64,000 nt of DNA from Octopus vulgaris (taxonomy: Eukaryota): the NCBI GenBank assembly GCA_951406725.2, contig OX597824.1:66712001-66776000 (forward strand), given 5' to 3'. Positions 13,130-25,263 of the stretch are shown here, one piece after another; within the stretch, counting starts at the first letter, position 1, and every line of letters starts with the position of its first letter. The notes below the pieces were generated by a model. That model searched no databases. It was not told where the DNA came from and saw only the letters and a list, made by a program, of their open reading frames with translations. The translations under genes and the position numbers were made by a program.

Positions 13130-16100
13130 GCATTATTATTAGCATTATTATTCATGATTATCTTTCTTCTCTTTTTTACTGCCTCTTTAGAAAATGGAAA
13201 AGGCACAAGAACTTATGCTATGCAGTGAAACAGATGAAGACAACCAATCAAATAACGAGCTACTCACCCACCTTGTGTCTCAGAAACTCCTCACTATGAA
13301 AGAATCAACCCACATGGCTATAGAACTTTTGATGGCATCTGTTGAATCAGTGAGTAAGTCTTCTACCTGTTATAGTATGGCACTCAGTACCATGTTGTAT
13401 ATGCAACTTACAAGAAAGAAATAGAGTGAGAAAGAAAGAGAGAGAGAGAGAGCAGACTTAGTTATGTCAGTTTATAAACTGACATAACTAAGTCCTCTCT
13501 TGCTTCAAATCCCACCAAGGTCAATTTGGCCTTTCATTCTTCTGGAGGTGTTGTTGCTGTTTGTTGTTGAGTCAGCAGATCTATGATTGAAGGATTTTCA
13601 TACTAATTTTAACCTTTTGCCTGCCCAAAGCATTTTTGTAAGTTGGTTCTGAATGACTCTGTTTGTGTTCTGACTTTTACTTAGCCCTTGTTTCAGACAC
13701 TCTGATTAATATAAAGCTCTGGCAGTTGAAAACATTGGGAATGCATATCACATATGATGCATGGACACCAAGGAAATATGTCTGGTGTATCATATATGAT
13801 ACATAAGATAGGCAAAAGGTTGATAAGTAATATATTCCAGCAGGAACTTAAGTGTCACTATGTATACTGTTTATATTAGTTGGACTGATGTCATCATCTT
13901 GATTGATTTTGTTTTGGCTGTTGTATGCTCCTGCCATCTTCAGGTGTCTTGTGTTGAACTTGGTTGTTGTATTCAAAATTGCAATACAACAACTGAGCTC
14001 AGCACAAGACACATAAGGAAGGCTGAAGCAAACAGCAGACAAAATATAATGAAATCAACAATCAAGATGCGGATGCTAGTCCAACTAGAAAAAGTATACA
14101 TAAAATTAATTCCTTGTCTCACAAATATAGAATTGTATTAAGTGTCACTGTTACACACTGCAGGTATCAACCAGCATGTCATGGATCCTGTATTGCCTGG
14201 CAAATAACCCAGATGCCCAAGAACAGCTCTACAAAGAAATCCAGAATGTTGTGGGTGACAGTGAAACTGTCACAGCAGAGATGCTACAACAGCTGCCTTT
14301 CGTGAAAGCATGTTTCAAAGAAGCAGTCAGGTCAGTATTTGAACTCATTACCTTATGGATCAGTTAATGTTATAAATATATAATAGCCACTGTGTGTGTG
14401 TGTGTGTGGTTATGTGTAAATCCACTTTCCATTGATTGCCAGTTACATTTCCATAGCTTAAAACTACACTTGAAGTTGTTTCTTGTTGGACATTATCAAA
14501 ATACAAATATTATTTGTTATAAGCAAGTTAAACATTATTAAATTAAAATTGCCATGTACATATCACACTTAATGTATAACAACTCTTGACAGGCAAGATA
14601 CTGTAGTTTTCATCCAAGATAAAGCTTCTTATAAATGTCCTTTCAATTGTGTTCAATGGGTTTTTATTCGGGCAAGTAATTACTTGCAATATTACTGTAT
14701 GTATTATTCATTGTTTCCTACATATCAGAATTAAAATATTTCTTTTAGGTAAGTGACTGTAAGTAGACATCATTGACAAGGCCCAAATACATCGGGGGTT
14801 CTTGCTAGCCGCTGCCAGGTCAATTTTCAAAGCATGTCTGTAAGATATTTAATTTCAGATCGAAACTGCAGTAATTTGCCTGTGAATCATGTATATACAT
14901 AATTTTGATACATATATCGTGATCATCCTCATCATTTAACATCTTTTGTCCATACTGGCATGGGTTGGATGGCTTGACAGGAGCTGGTAAACTGGGGAGC
15001 TGCACCAGACTCCAGTCTGATTTGGCATGGTTTCTATGGCTGGATTCCCTTCCAAACCCAACCACTTTACATTGTAGCTGGTCCTCTAGCAATCTACATT
15101 GTCTCCTCTATCATAAACTAGTCCCTACATTATGGACCCTCCTTTCTAAATATATTAGATGGTCCTCACTATTTAGGTTGCTACCTGTACTGTTAACTGT
15201 CCTCTCTGCATATTGTAGCTGGTACTCTATATCAACACCTATCTCTTTATATTGTAGACCATCCTCTATAAAACAGAGTACACTTTATACATATTGCTCA
15301 TGTCCCGTATATTTTAGAGAGGATCCTAACTGTGTTAGTTTAGTGTTGAATTAGTATTAATATATTTGATGTAGAGAACAATGGGAGCAATGAAGCTTAC
15401 CATAATGTCCTTATGTACTGAAGGAAAAAAACAATACTAGTCAATGATTAATATCTAATAACTTGGTATGTCTCCTTAGATTATTTACTGTACCAATTCT
15501 AATTTGTTTGTTGTAATATAGAAAGGCCCAGCATTTATCAACTGTTCCTGGTTTTACATACCATACTTTACCTTATACTCTATGATTTTAATTTACAGGG
15601 TGTATCCTGTGGTGTTTTTCATCAGTCGTATCCTACAAAAGGATGTCAACATCTGTGGCTACAAGGTACCGACAGGGGTGAGTTAAGAATTTGTATTATT
15701 GCATTATGGTATTCTATACTTTTTCATTTCTTCCATATTTTTCTTTTCCTTCCTTCCTTTTTTGTCCTTTAATTTCTTTCCTTTTCATTTCTTTGCATAT
15801 TATTTCTTTTCGCTTCCTTCTTTCGTTTCTCCATTCTTTCATTGTATATATACATATACATATACAGTTTCGACTTGGTTTCTATGATTGGATGCCTTTC
15901 CTAATGCCAGCCACTCCATAGTGTGTACTGGGTGTCTTTTATGTATCACCCACATGGGTGCCTCTGATGTGTCACCAGCATGGGTGCCTCACACATGTCT
16001 ATATTAGAAAGGAATATGACAAGCAGACTCTGCCCAACACCAGATAAATACTATCAGAAGCTGAGATGTGCATGCCTTTGAGTGTTATTTTAGTGATCTA

Positions 16101-16378
16101 AATTGTAAGCAGTAATGACTTAAATCTTCTCTGATTTACAACTCTGAAAATGACTGAACAAATTACTCTTTTATTATATTCTGACAGACCAAGGTACAGG
16201 CCAGTCTCTACAGCATCAGCCGAGACACCAATATGTTTTCAAACCCAGAGAAATATGACCCACACAGATGGATCAGAAAAGAACCTGGATGTCGTTATTA
16301 TTATAATCTAGTATTTGGACAGGGAGCACGGATGTGTCTTGGTGAGTTCTCTTTATGTCTTTTACTTTTGCTCTGGTA

Positions 16379-16416
<38 letters not shown>

Positions 16417-16747
16417 TATAAATTAGTAAAAAAACTACCTTTTATCAATTCAATAATGAAAAATTAAATACCATTTAGAAAAATTACATATTATAGAAAG
16501 ATTAAATATAAGATAAAATATATAACAATGATTAAGTAATGTGCAAAATAATAAATAAAACGTATATATTTGGTAGAGTAATGACATGTGTTTCATTATT
16601 GAATTGATAAAAAGTTTTTTTCTAATATATATATATATATTATATTTTGTGAAATTTGATTTAGTATTTCTAAATTGAATTTTTCCCTGTAAGTTTGGAA
16701 TAATATTCCCTCATATTATTATTATTATTATTACACACACACATGCT

Positions 16748-16781
<34 letters not shown>

Positions 16782-16823
16782 CTCTCACACACACACACAC
16801 ATGCTCTCTCACACACACACATG

Positions 16824-16907
<84 letters not shown>

Positions 16908-18624
16908 GTGTGTGTTCATGTTTCTTATCTATAAGGAATATGACAACAGGCCCTGCCCAACACTATGTGTCTTTATGCTTGGGTTTGTTTTTGACCACCA
17001 CTTGACAACCAGTGTTGGTTTGTTTACATTCTGTAACTTCAACACATACATACATGAGATGGGCTTCTTTCAGTTTCCATCAACCAAATTCACACACAAA
17101 ACTTTGGCCAACAAAAGGCTGTAATAGAAGACACTTACCTAAAGTGCTGCACAGTGGGACTGAACTGAAGACCACATGGTTGGGAAGCATGCTTTTTATC
17201 ACACAACCATGCCATGTATATGGTTGTTTACTTTTTTGTCAGTGGCTGACCTCCAGTCAGCAAGACCTGCTTCAGAATGAGCAAAGCATGAACTGTAGTA
17301 ATGTTTCATTCGTACCAATATGACCAGCAGACACTTGATGGTAAGAGTGACACTGGTGGTGTGGGGATAACAATGATGATGCTAACAAAGATGACGATAG
17401 CAGTGGTGATGAAGATTTTGATGCTGCTGCTGATGATATCTTAGATGATAATGTTGAGATGTGGATAGAAGTGAGGGTTGATGATGATGTGCTGGAGGAG
17501 GTAGGGGAGAGTGACATTGAGAATGTTGATGAGGAGCAAGATAATTGTGATGAAGATGTTAGTGATGAGGATGGTGAGGAAGATGATGAAAATGATGATG
17601 ATGATGATGACGAAATATATAATGATAAGGTTTATGATGACAATGCTAGTGATGGTAATTGTGATGATAATAATGATGATGATGGTGATAGCAGTGGTGG
17701 TGGTGGTGGTGGTGATGATAGTGGTAGTGGTAGCAGTAGCAGTGGTAGCAGTGGTAGTGGCAGCAGTGGTGTTGGTTGTGGTGATGACAGCAGTAGTGAT
17801 GAATGATAATGATGAGATAACATATTTTTACTTACTTTCTGTTTTATTTTTTACACCTGTAGGGCGAAGAGTTGCAGAACTTGATATACACCTTCTTTTG
17901 ACAAAGGTATTTTTCTAATTCTTTTTCCTGTTTTTATATACCTGTCTGTCTTTCAGTCTTCAAAATTGCCTCAACTCACTTTTTTATTCACTCTATCAAC
18001 CATTCATACCCATTATACTGTTATCTAACATAACAAAATCTCTCACTTCAATTCAATGTTTATGATGAGAATTAACCCCAAATATGTATACAATTTATAA
18101 TTTATTCAAGTATGTGTGTGTGTGTGTGTGAGAGAGAGAGTATACACTTTCATAGATTCACACATCTATACATATATATGTGTGTGTGTGTGTGTACACA
18201 TGCACACACATACACACACACACACACACACAATCGTTATGTACAGTAGAATCAGTATTAGATTAAAGTAGCAATTTACATAATATACTTAATGCAAATA
18301 TTCATGGAAAGCCAAATTAAACCCCAATATTTGTTTGAAGATGATATCTCTTATGGACACACTATGTTAATAACACAAACATATACCAGTAGCAGACAAA
18401 AATCATCCAGCAGAGGTGGTAGGATTGCTAGATATACATTTTTGCCTTTTTAGACCTAGTAAGTGGCATGTACCCACAAGCAACCTTATACCCAGACAAA
18501 ACCCATTGCCAATGATATTGGAAAATACTGATTGAAAAATCACTGATGCATCATATCAATGGTTTTGCAGTCACTGCTTTCCTATATTGATGATGATGGT
18601 TTATATTGATTTCATTATTACAAC

Positions 18625-18677
<53 letters not shown>

Positions 18678-19518
18678 GGTGTAGTGAATGAATTGTTGTC
18701 TAAATTACACAAAAATGACATCTCCTTTTAACAGATATATTTACCAAAATTGCATGAAAATATCTTGAAGTACTAAAGAGTAAATTTATTCAATAAAATC
18801 GCCATTGACTTCAGCCATAGTCTCCAGACAACTCTGGAATCTCCTGAAACTTTTCTGGAGAGACTCCTTGTTTAAGTTGGTGAATGCTGCCATAATGCTT
18901 GCTTTCAGTTCATCTTTTGTTGGTCTCTCACTCAACTGCACTCCACACATAGTAATGAAGGAGGTTGCAGTTTGGGGAGTTAGGTGGTCAGATGTTAGGG
19001 GTGATGTGGTTGCAGAAATTGTCTGACAGCCATGACTGGGTTCTCCTGCTTATGTAGCATGGTGCAGAGTCCTGTTGCCAGACTTAGGGTCTTCTAGCAG
19101 CCACTTTCTTGAACCAGGGCAGTACTTCCTCCTCCGACACTTGATGTCGAAGGAGTTAGTACTGTGTTGAGTGTGAGGGTGTGTGGGAAGATGAATGGAG
19201 GCATAATGCCACCATCACTAATGATCACTCCAAACACCATGATGCTGACTGGATGTTTGACTTTTATCCCTGTCGGTACATTTCCTCAGTTTGACACTCA
19301 AACACTCTGAAATGTTCATATTGGAGCTTCCAGTACAAATGCAAAGCAGTATAGCATATTGTTTCTAAATTTCTGGTAGAGTGAATTGCGTCATGGTGCT
19401 GGCTTTCTCACAGATAGTGCTCAACTGACCCTACTATACTGTGTAGTTCACTAAAACAAACAATGCTCATGCGTGAAATTAAAAATACAAAAATGGTGAC
19501 AATTTATCCATTGCACAC

Positions 19519-19560
<42 letters not shown>

Positions 19561-20674
19561 TTATGTAGATAGGGTTAAAATCCAAGCTGTGTAATCTTGA
19601 AGTACATCTGCTTATTGTATTCCAAATCTGAATGCAGATGTTATTGTGTGAAATATGGATAAGCGCTGAAAATACTAGAAAATATTTTCTGTAGAGGAAA
19701 AATGATAAAAACAGGAGATTGGAAATTTTTTTGCATTACATAGTCACCATTACATGTGTTTCATTTGCTAATAGGAACTACGAAATTGTGCATGTATTAG
19801 TAAACATGTAAGATATCTCCTATTAGAAATTCTCCAGAGAATCAAGTAAAACTTTAAATATTATAATTGTTTATTAATATAATTGCTATTACTGTCGTTG
19901 TTGTTGTTGTCATAATTTATAATTATGTATAATTATTTGATTCTGTGTCTGAAGAATTTCTAATAGGAGATGTCTTACATGTTTTCTACTACATGTACAA
20001 TTTTGTTACTCCTATTAACAAATGAAACACATGTAAAGGTGAATCAATAATGCCAAAAGTTTTCTAATCTCCTGCTTTGATCCCTGCACCTGCCTCACTC
20101 TTACCTGCTTCGAGGGTACTATTCTTCAATATCCCCACCATCTTCAGTCCACACACACACACAAACCCACAAACCACACATTCATATACATACAATCATG
20201 CTCACATTTACACACACACACACACATACAAATATAAACACACACATACACACATACAAATATAAACACACACATACACACACACACTCAGATCTCACTG
20301 CCCAGCATAACTCACTGGAATTCTTAATATAATCTCTGTTAACCAGTCTGTAATTGCTACCTCTGGCAGTTAACGATTATTAGAAAGGTAATTAGTGTGG
20401 TGGGTAATTACTGTTTTTACTTTGCTTGCCTTTTCTATCATTTCTGTTTCTCTCTCACCCTCTCTCTTTTTCCCCACTTTTTCTTTCTTTTTCTCTTTCT
20501 TTTTAACTTTTACAGTGTTTTTCTCTTCTGTTTCAACAGATTATACAGAACTACCATTTAGAATACCATCATGAAGACGTAAAACCAAAAGCTAATATTG
20601 TACTCATACCCGACAGACCAATCAAGTTGAAGTTCATCAGGCGGAACTCAGACAGAAGAAAGACTTTAAATTAA
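5004..20674 (+). CDS. CYP10: Mitochondrial-clan cytochrome P450, CYP10-like; 11 coding exons: 5004-5104, 6304-6465, 8122-8318, 9337-9530, 10958-11178, 13191-13349, 14164-14330, 15599-15677, 16188-16341, 17863-17906, 20540-20674
   Basis: Hand-spliced at GT-AG sites with matching phases and no internal stop (about 537 aa). Motifs: [24 protein letters not shown] (WxxxR), [19 protein letters not shown]-helix [11 protein letters not shown]-helix EAVR, PHRW, heme motif [10 protein letters not shown]. As I recall it, collinear with Lymnaea CYP10 (CPF, SKKxL, LVxGxGARMCLGRR, PDRP). P450 identity is certain; the family assignment is likely. Confidence 0.93.
5394..5634. mobile_element. Tc1-type MITE nested in a SINE (CYP intron 1)
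   Basis: 26-bp TIR CAGTCATGGCCAAAAGTTTGGAACAT / ATGTTCCAAACTTTTGGCCATGACTG, TA on the left side. Confidence 0.8.
6304..6465 (+). CDS. CYP10: CYP10-like exon 2 (KCPF...[20 protein letters not shown]...FK)
   Basis: ttacag| ... AAG|gtaag; proline-rich hinge. Confidence 0.93.
7365..7545 (+). mobile_element. RTE-like LINE 3' fragment
   Basis: Degenerate ..GKRGRGRPRT.W.DTIK..TG...[10 protein letters not shown].. C-terminal signature followed by a microsatellite tail. Confidence 0.55.
7640..8000 (-). mobile_element. Possible non-autonomous Helitron-like repeat (related segment at about 58615-58790, +)
   Basis: Starts at (TA)n, followed by a tgtgt/gtct tract and a caaccgatttt..caaattt motif; CTAG-like end. 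Confidence 0.35.
8122..8318 (+). CDS. CYP10: CYP10-like exon 3 ([15 protein letters not shown]...GIFNS)
   Basis: tttcag| ... TC|gtgagt, phase 2. Confidence 0.93.
9043..9262. mobile_element. piggyBac-type MITE (second, SINE-interrupted copy at about 53930-54415)
   Basis: TTAA|CCCTTTAGCA ... TGCTAAAGGG|TTAA. Confidence 0.8.
9337..9530 (+). CDS. CYP10: CYP10-like exon 4 ([10 protein letters not shown]...ELFRWSME)
   Basis: tttcag| ... A|gtgagt; C-helix WxxxR. Confidence 0.93.
10958..11178 (+). CDS. CYP10: CYP10-like exon 5 ([13 protein letters not shown]...LLKK)
   Basis: ctacag| ... AAA|gtaagt. Confidence 0.93.
12350..12860 (-). pseudogene. R4/Dong-clade LINE reverse-transcriptase C-terminal relic (CYP intron 5)
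   Basis: Minus strand reads ..[65 protein letters not shown]; adjoins an (ATT)n tract. Confidence 0.8.
13191..13349 (+). CDS. CYP10: CYP10-like exon 6 (KMEKAQ...ELLMASVES)
   Basis: ctttag| ... TCA|gtgagt; first half of I-helix. Confidence 0.9.
14164..14330 (+). CDS. CYP10: CYP10-like exon 7 ([22 protein letters not shown]...KEAVR)
   Basis: ctgcag| ... AG|gtcagt; ExxR motif. Confidence 0.93.
15599..15677 (+). CDS. CYP10: CYP10-like exon 8 ([26 protein letters not shown])
   Basis: ttacag| ... GGG|gtgagt; GYxVPxG motif. Confidence 0.93.
16188..16341 (+). CDS. CYP10: CYP10-like exon 9 (TKVQASLY...PHRW...[10 protein letters not shown])
   Basis: tgacag| ... G|gtgagt; heme-ligating Cys. Confidence 0.95.
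17355..17815. repeat. (GAT/GGT/AGT)n low-complexity tract in CYP intron 9; similar tracts at 1-180, 518-625, 2430-2770, 12920-13150
   Basis: Degenerate trinucleotide repeats. Confidence 0.85.
17863..17906 (+). CDS. CYP10: CYP10-like exon 10 ([14 protein letters not shown])
   Basis: ctgtag| ... AAG|gtat; L-helix. Confidence 0.92.
18675..19520 (-). mobile_element. Degenerate maT/DD37D-like Tc1-mariner element
   Basis: Decayed TIRs (cagtgtgcaatggataaattgtcacc); minus-strand relic ..[38 protein letters not shown]. Confidence 0.65.
19711..20074. repeat. Fold-back/MITE-like inverted repeat with ~130-bp arms (CYP intron 10)
   Basis: caggagatt...catgtaagatatctcctattagaaattct vs agaatttctaataggagatgtcttacatg...aatctcctg. 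Confidence 0.7.
20540..20674 (+). CDS. CYP10: CYP10-like terminal exon 11 (IIQNYHLEY...[12 protein letters not shown]...LN*)
   Basis: Long polypyrimidine tract ending caacag|; stop TAA at 20672-20674. Confidence 0.92.
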   Translation: MIQNYHLEYHHEDVKPKANIVLIPDRPIKLKFIRRNSDRRKTLN

Positions 20675-21310
20675 TAAATAACACTGTCATCCAGCCAGAC
20701 TTTAAATTACTTACATCGTCATCACCCAGACTTTAAATTAATTATCCCATCATCCAATCTTTAAATTAATTATATCACCATATTTTATATTTTAAATTAA
20801 TTTTATATTTTATAATTTAAATTATATTTTATATTTTAAATTAAATTAATTAAACTGTCATCTAGGTTTTTAATAAATGATACCATCATCTTTCAAACTT
20901 TAAATTGATTATACTGCCATCAACCATTTAATTATGCCATCATCATCCAATCTTTAAATTAATTACACCTTCATCATATGGACTTTAAATTAATTATTCT
21001 GTCATCAACCAGACTTTGATCTAATTATACCATCATCAACCAGATTTTAATATAATTATACTGTCATCATCTAGGTTTTAAATAAATTATACTGTCATCA
21101 TCCAAACTTTGAACTAATTATACTGTCATTGTTCATATTTTAAATTAATTACACTGTCAATATCCAGGTTTTAAATAAATTATACTGTCATCATCCAGGT
21201 TTTAGAAAAATTATACTGTCATCATCCAGACTTTGAACTAATTCTACCATCATTGTACAGACTTTGATATAATTATACTGTCATCATCTAGGTTTTAAAT
21301 AAATTATTCC
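20660..21310 (+). repeat. Minisatellite of ~32-bp unit (approx. CCAGACTTTAAATTAATTATACTGTCATCAT), roughly 20 degenerate copies, in the CYP 3' UTR
   Basis: Recurring gactttaaattaattatac(t/c)gtcatcatcc seen directly. Confidence 0.85.
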
Positions 21311-22597
21311 TTCATTTGGATAACTAGTCATTAACTACCTTTGCGAAATTCATGAGTTTAGATATAATTGTATACCATGAAGAGAAGAATTTGAGATTCC
21401 AAAACTAACCCTTTGTCTCCAAGAAGAAGAATCAGGCCTTAAATATAACAGCTTCTTTTCCTCATGGCATATACAAACCAGACCAAATATACACACTTTC
21501 AGTGTAATTTTTGCTGATAACCACCACCAGTCTTTTAGATTCTGTTTTTATAACCTGTTAAAAATACCATGTACACTTAACTAGTTCATTTCTGCCTTGT
21601 TCTACACAATTAATTCCTTATGATTTGTTTTTTAGAGGTTATTTAAGATAGGCAATATAATTAACTCCACTTCTGTGTGTTCAGTCCCATATAGTTAGAT
21701 TGATGCGACTAACATCACATGACTGGTTTTACATGGATAATTTTACATTGTTAATTCTATGGCAAAATAATATTTCCTCCCATGAATTGGTGATAATATT
21801 TGTGTAATTATTTCTCTTTTATTTCAAAAAGTGTTTTAAAAATTTTTGACAAAAATAAAAAATAGATTTTTAAAAATCTGTTTTTAGTTTTATATATATA
21901 TATATATATATATAGCAGAAAACAACCTCAATGATATCTCAATATGTTCATTCCTACATCTATTTTAATGATTCTTACATCACTGTACTATTATGTAAGA
22001 TGTAAGAATCACATCTTCAGGGAATAGTTAAAGAAATGATATTTTGCTCCGTTTATGTGTTATAGTCTATAATGCTATAATGTACATGGGTATGCATTCT
22101 TACCTGTGGATTTAGGATTTATTTTTCATGCATACAAGGCATAGATATTGCACACACACATCTATGTATATGTCTGTGTGTGTGTGTATATTTGTAAAAG
22201 AATAGTACTCGTAGAAAATTTGGATTCAAAGAATCAAGCTGCATTTACAGCTGCCCATTCAGAATTGGCTATCAGCTTACATAGTAATTAGATACCATGT
22301 GGTGTAATACGTCTGTGTAACCATGTAAATATGTGCATGTAATTTTGCACACTGAAATTAATGCTCCACAAGGAAGGTAAAATAGCGATAATTTCATGAA
22401 AGTCATATGGGAAAATATAACTATATTCACCTCTCAAACCTCCTGACTTATACTTACCTTTACCTCTCTCTCTCTCTCTCTCTCTCTATCTCTATCTCCT
22501 CTCTGTATATATCTGTGTGTGTGTGTCTGTATATGTGTGTGCATATTTATCTATCTATTTATATCTATCTATCTATCTGTATCTATATCTTTATCTA

Positions 22598-22720
<123 letters not shown>

Positions 22721-22760
22721 TTATATATATATATATATATATAATATATACTATCTATGG

Positions 22761-22825
<65 letters not shown>

Positions 22826-22947
22826 CATATATATCATCAATGGATCATATGCCTGCTGAAAAAGAAACACTCTAAAAGTTAAAGCAGTAATATATTTACA
22901 AGAAGATCATTATATGGCCGGCCATAGAATGACCATTGGTCAGCCAT

Positions 22948-23012
22948 TGTAGTCTGATGAGTCATCTTTAAGGCTAAGCACTTTATGGATGCGAAACCAT
23001 TGGTCACTCCAT
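22948..23012 (+). ncRNA. Type I hammerhead ribozyme motif in a PLE-derived terminal repeat
   Basis: agt-CTGATGA(22954)-gtcatc..gatgc-GAAA(22993)-ccattg-GTC(23003)-act; stems I-III can form. Confidence 0.75.
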
Positions 23013-23059
23013 GACTGGCCATATAATTAACTCCCTATTGAGTCAAGTAAACCCAATAT

Positions 23060-23337
23060 CACAGCTGTGGCCAGTGGCCAGTGGCCCCTGACTGGCTGCC
23101 ATGCCAGTGGCATGTAAAAAGCACTATCCAAACGTGATTGATGTCAGTCCCACCTGACTGGCTCCTGTGCCGGTGACATGTAAAAAGCTCCCACTGCACT
23201 CTCGGAGTGATTGGCATTAGGAAGGGCATCCAGCTTTAGAAGCATTGCCAGATCAGATCAGAGCCTGGTGCAGCCAATGGCTTTCCAGAGCTCAGTCAAT
23301 CCGTCCAACCCAGACCAGCATGGAAAACAGACATTAA

Positions 23338-23372
<35 letters not shown>
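23060..23372 (+). mobile_element. SINE family D with internal ggcacgtaaaaagcacc repeats and (GAT)n tail; copies near 14930-15065(-), 29935-30208, 49605-49870(-), 58910-59410, 63665-63900
   Basis: Shared ctctcggagtggttggcgttaggaagggcatccagc...catggaaa.cggacgttaaa(tga)n. Confidence 0.8.
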
Positions 23373-23375
<3 letters not shown>

Positions 23376-23389
23376 ATACACATACACAC

Positions 23390-23433
<44 letters not shown>

Positions 23434-23653
23434 CAAGGTGGTGAGCATGAAGAAACAGCACACCAAACAAACTGGTTTACAGCATTTCTTTCAGCCTTAT
23501 ATTCTGAGTTCAAATTCTGCCTACTTTGCCTTCCATCCTTTTCAGGGATTGATAAAATAAATACTAGTTGAATGCTGGAATCAATGTAATCGACTGGCTC
23601 CCTCCACCAATATTTCAGGCCTTGTGTCTAGAGTAGAAAGTACATACATACAT

Positions 23654-23872
23654 GGCGGCGAGCTGGCAAAAACGTTAGCATGCCGGGCGTAATGCGTAGC
23701 CGTATTTCATCTGCCGTTACGTTGTGAGTTCAAATTCCGCTGAGGTCGGCTTTGCCTTTCATCCTTTCGGGGTCGATAAATTAAGTACCAGTTACGCACT
23801 GGGGTCAATATAATCGACATAATCCCTTTGTCTGTCCCCTCTATGTTTAGCCCCTTGTGGGCAATAAAGAAA
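23654..23872 (+). mobile_element. tRNA-derived SINE family B (Meta-domain-like core); more than 10 copies, e.g. 3061-3245(-), 28100-28325(-), 45975-46185, 51825-52270, 52497-52728, 61117-61330
   Basis: ggcgagctggcagaaacgttagc...gagttcaaattcc (B box)...gactttgcctttcatcctttcggggtcgataaattaagtacc. Confidence 0.85.
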
Positions 23873-23916
23873 TATGTATATATATATATATCATCATCAT
23901 CATCTATATATATATA

Positions 23917-24304
23917 GGCGCAGGAGTGGCTGTGTGGTAAGTAGCTTGCTAACCAACCACATGGTTCCGGGTTCAGTCCCACTGTGTGGCATCTTGGGCA
24001 AGTGTCTTCTGCTATAGCCCCGGGCCGACCAAAGCCTTGTGAGTGGATTTGGTAGACGGAAACTGAAAGAAGCCTGTCGTATATATGTATATATATATAT
24101 GTATGTGTGTTTGTGTGTCTGTGTTTGTCCCCCTAGCATTGCTTGACAACCGATGCTGGTGTGTTTACGTCCCCGTCACTTAGCGGTTCGGCAAAAGAGA
24201 CCAATAGAATAAGTACTGGGGTCGATTTTCTCGACTAAAGGCGGTGCTCCAGCATGGCCGCAGTCAAATGACTGAAACAAGTAAAAGAGTAAAAGAGTAA
24301 AAGA
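23917..24304 (+). mobile_element. tRNA-derived SINE family A with internal (TA)n; copies near 3695-4105(-), 4313-4707(-), 37830-38130, 48800-49193, 52913-53165, 59415-59700(-), 63326-63490(-)
   Basis: ggcgcaggagtggctgtgtggtaag (A box)...gggttcagtccc (B box)...cttgggcaagt (CORE-like)...gactgaaacaagtaaaaga tail. Confidence 0.87.
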
Positions 24305-24341
24305 GTATACACATATATATGTATGCATGTATGTATGTATG

Positions 24342-24414
<73 letters not shown>

Positions 24415-24424
<10 letters not shown>

Positions 24425-24448
24425 TATGTATGCATGTATGTATGTATG

Positions 24449-24509
<61 letters not shown>

Positions 24510-24831
24510 GTGTATATATATATTTATATATATATATTGTGTATATATATATATATATACACACACATATATATATATATATAATGATAATAATAATAAT
24601 ATGAGGGAATATTATTCCAAACTTACAGGGAAAAATTCAATTTAGAAATACTAAATCAAATTACACAAAATATTTATTTATTTATCATTTATTATTTATT
24701 TATTATTTTGCACATTACTTAATCATCATTATATTTTTTATCGTATATTTAATCTTTCTATTATATGTAATTTTCTAGATGGTGTAATTTAATTTTTCAT
24801 TTTGAATTGATAAAAGGTGTGTTTTTTTCTA

Positions 24832-24867
<36 letters not shown>

Positions 24868-25200
24868 TTACATATATATATATGAATTAGAAAAAACACC
24901 TTTTATCAATTCAAAATGAAAAATTAAATTACACCATCTAGAAAATTACATATAATAGAAAGATTAAATATAAGATAAAAAATATAATGATGATTAAGTA
25001 ATGTGCAAAATAATAAATAAATAATAAATGATAAATAAATAAATATTTTGTGTAATTTGATTTAGTATTTCTAAATTGAATTTTTCCTGTAAGTTTGGAA
25101 TAATATTCCCTCATATTATTATTATTATCATTATATATATATATATATGTGTGTGTATATATATATATATACACACACATATATATATAAATATATATAT

Positions 25201-25263
<63 letters not shown>

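Noticed and set aside
13350-13359. Alternative donor GTAAGT 4 nt downstream (and alternative acceptor at 9340)
   Set aside because: Both shift the frame, and there is no evidence they are used.
17459-17806. Acidic Asp/Gly/Ser-rich ORF resembling a biomineral protein
   Set aside because: Degenerate trinucleotide tract inside CYP intron 9; no signal peptide or splice support.
20660-21310. CRISPR-like periodic array
   Set aside because: No unique spacers; eukaryotic minisatellite.
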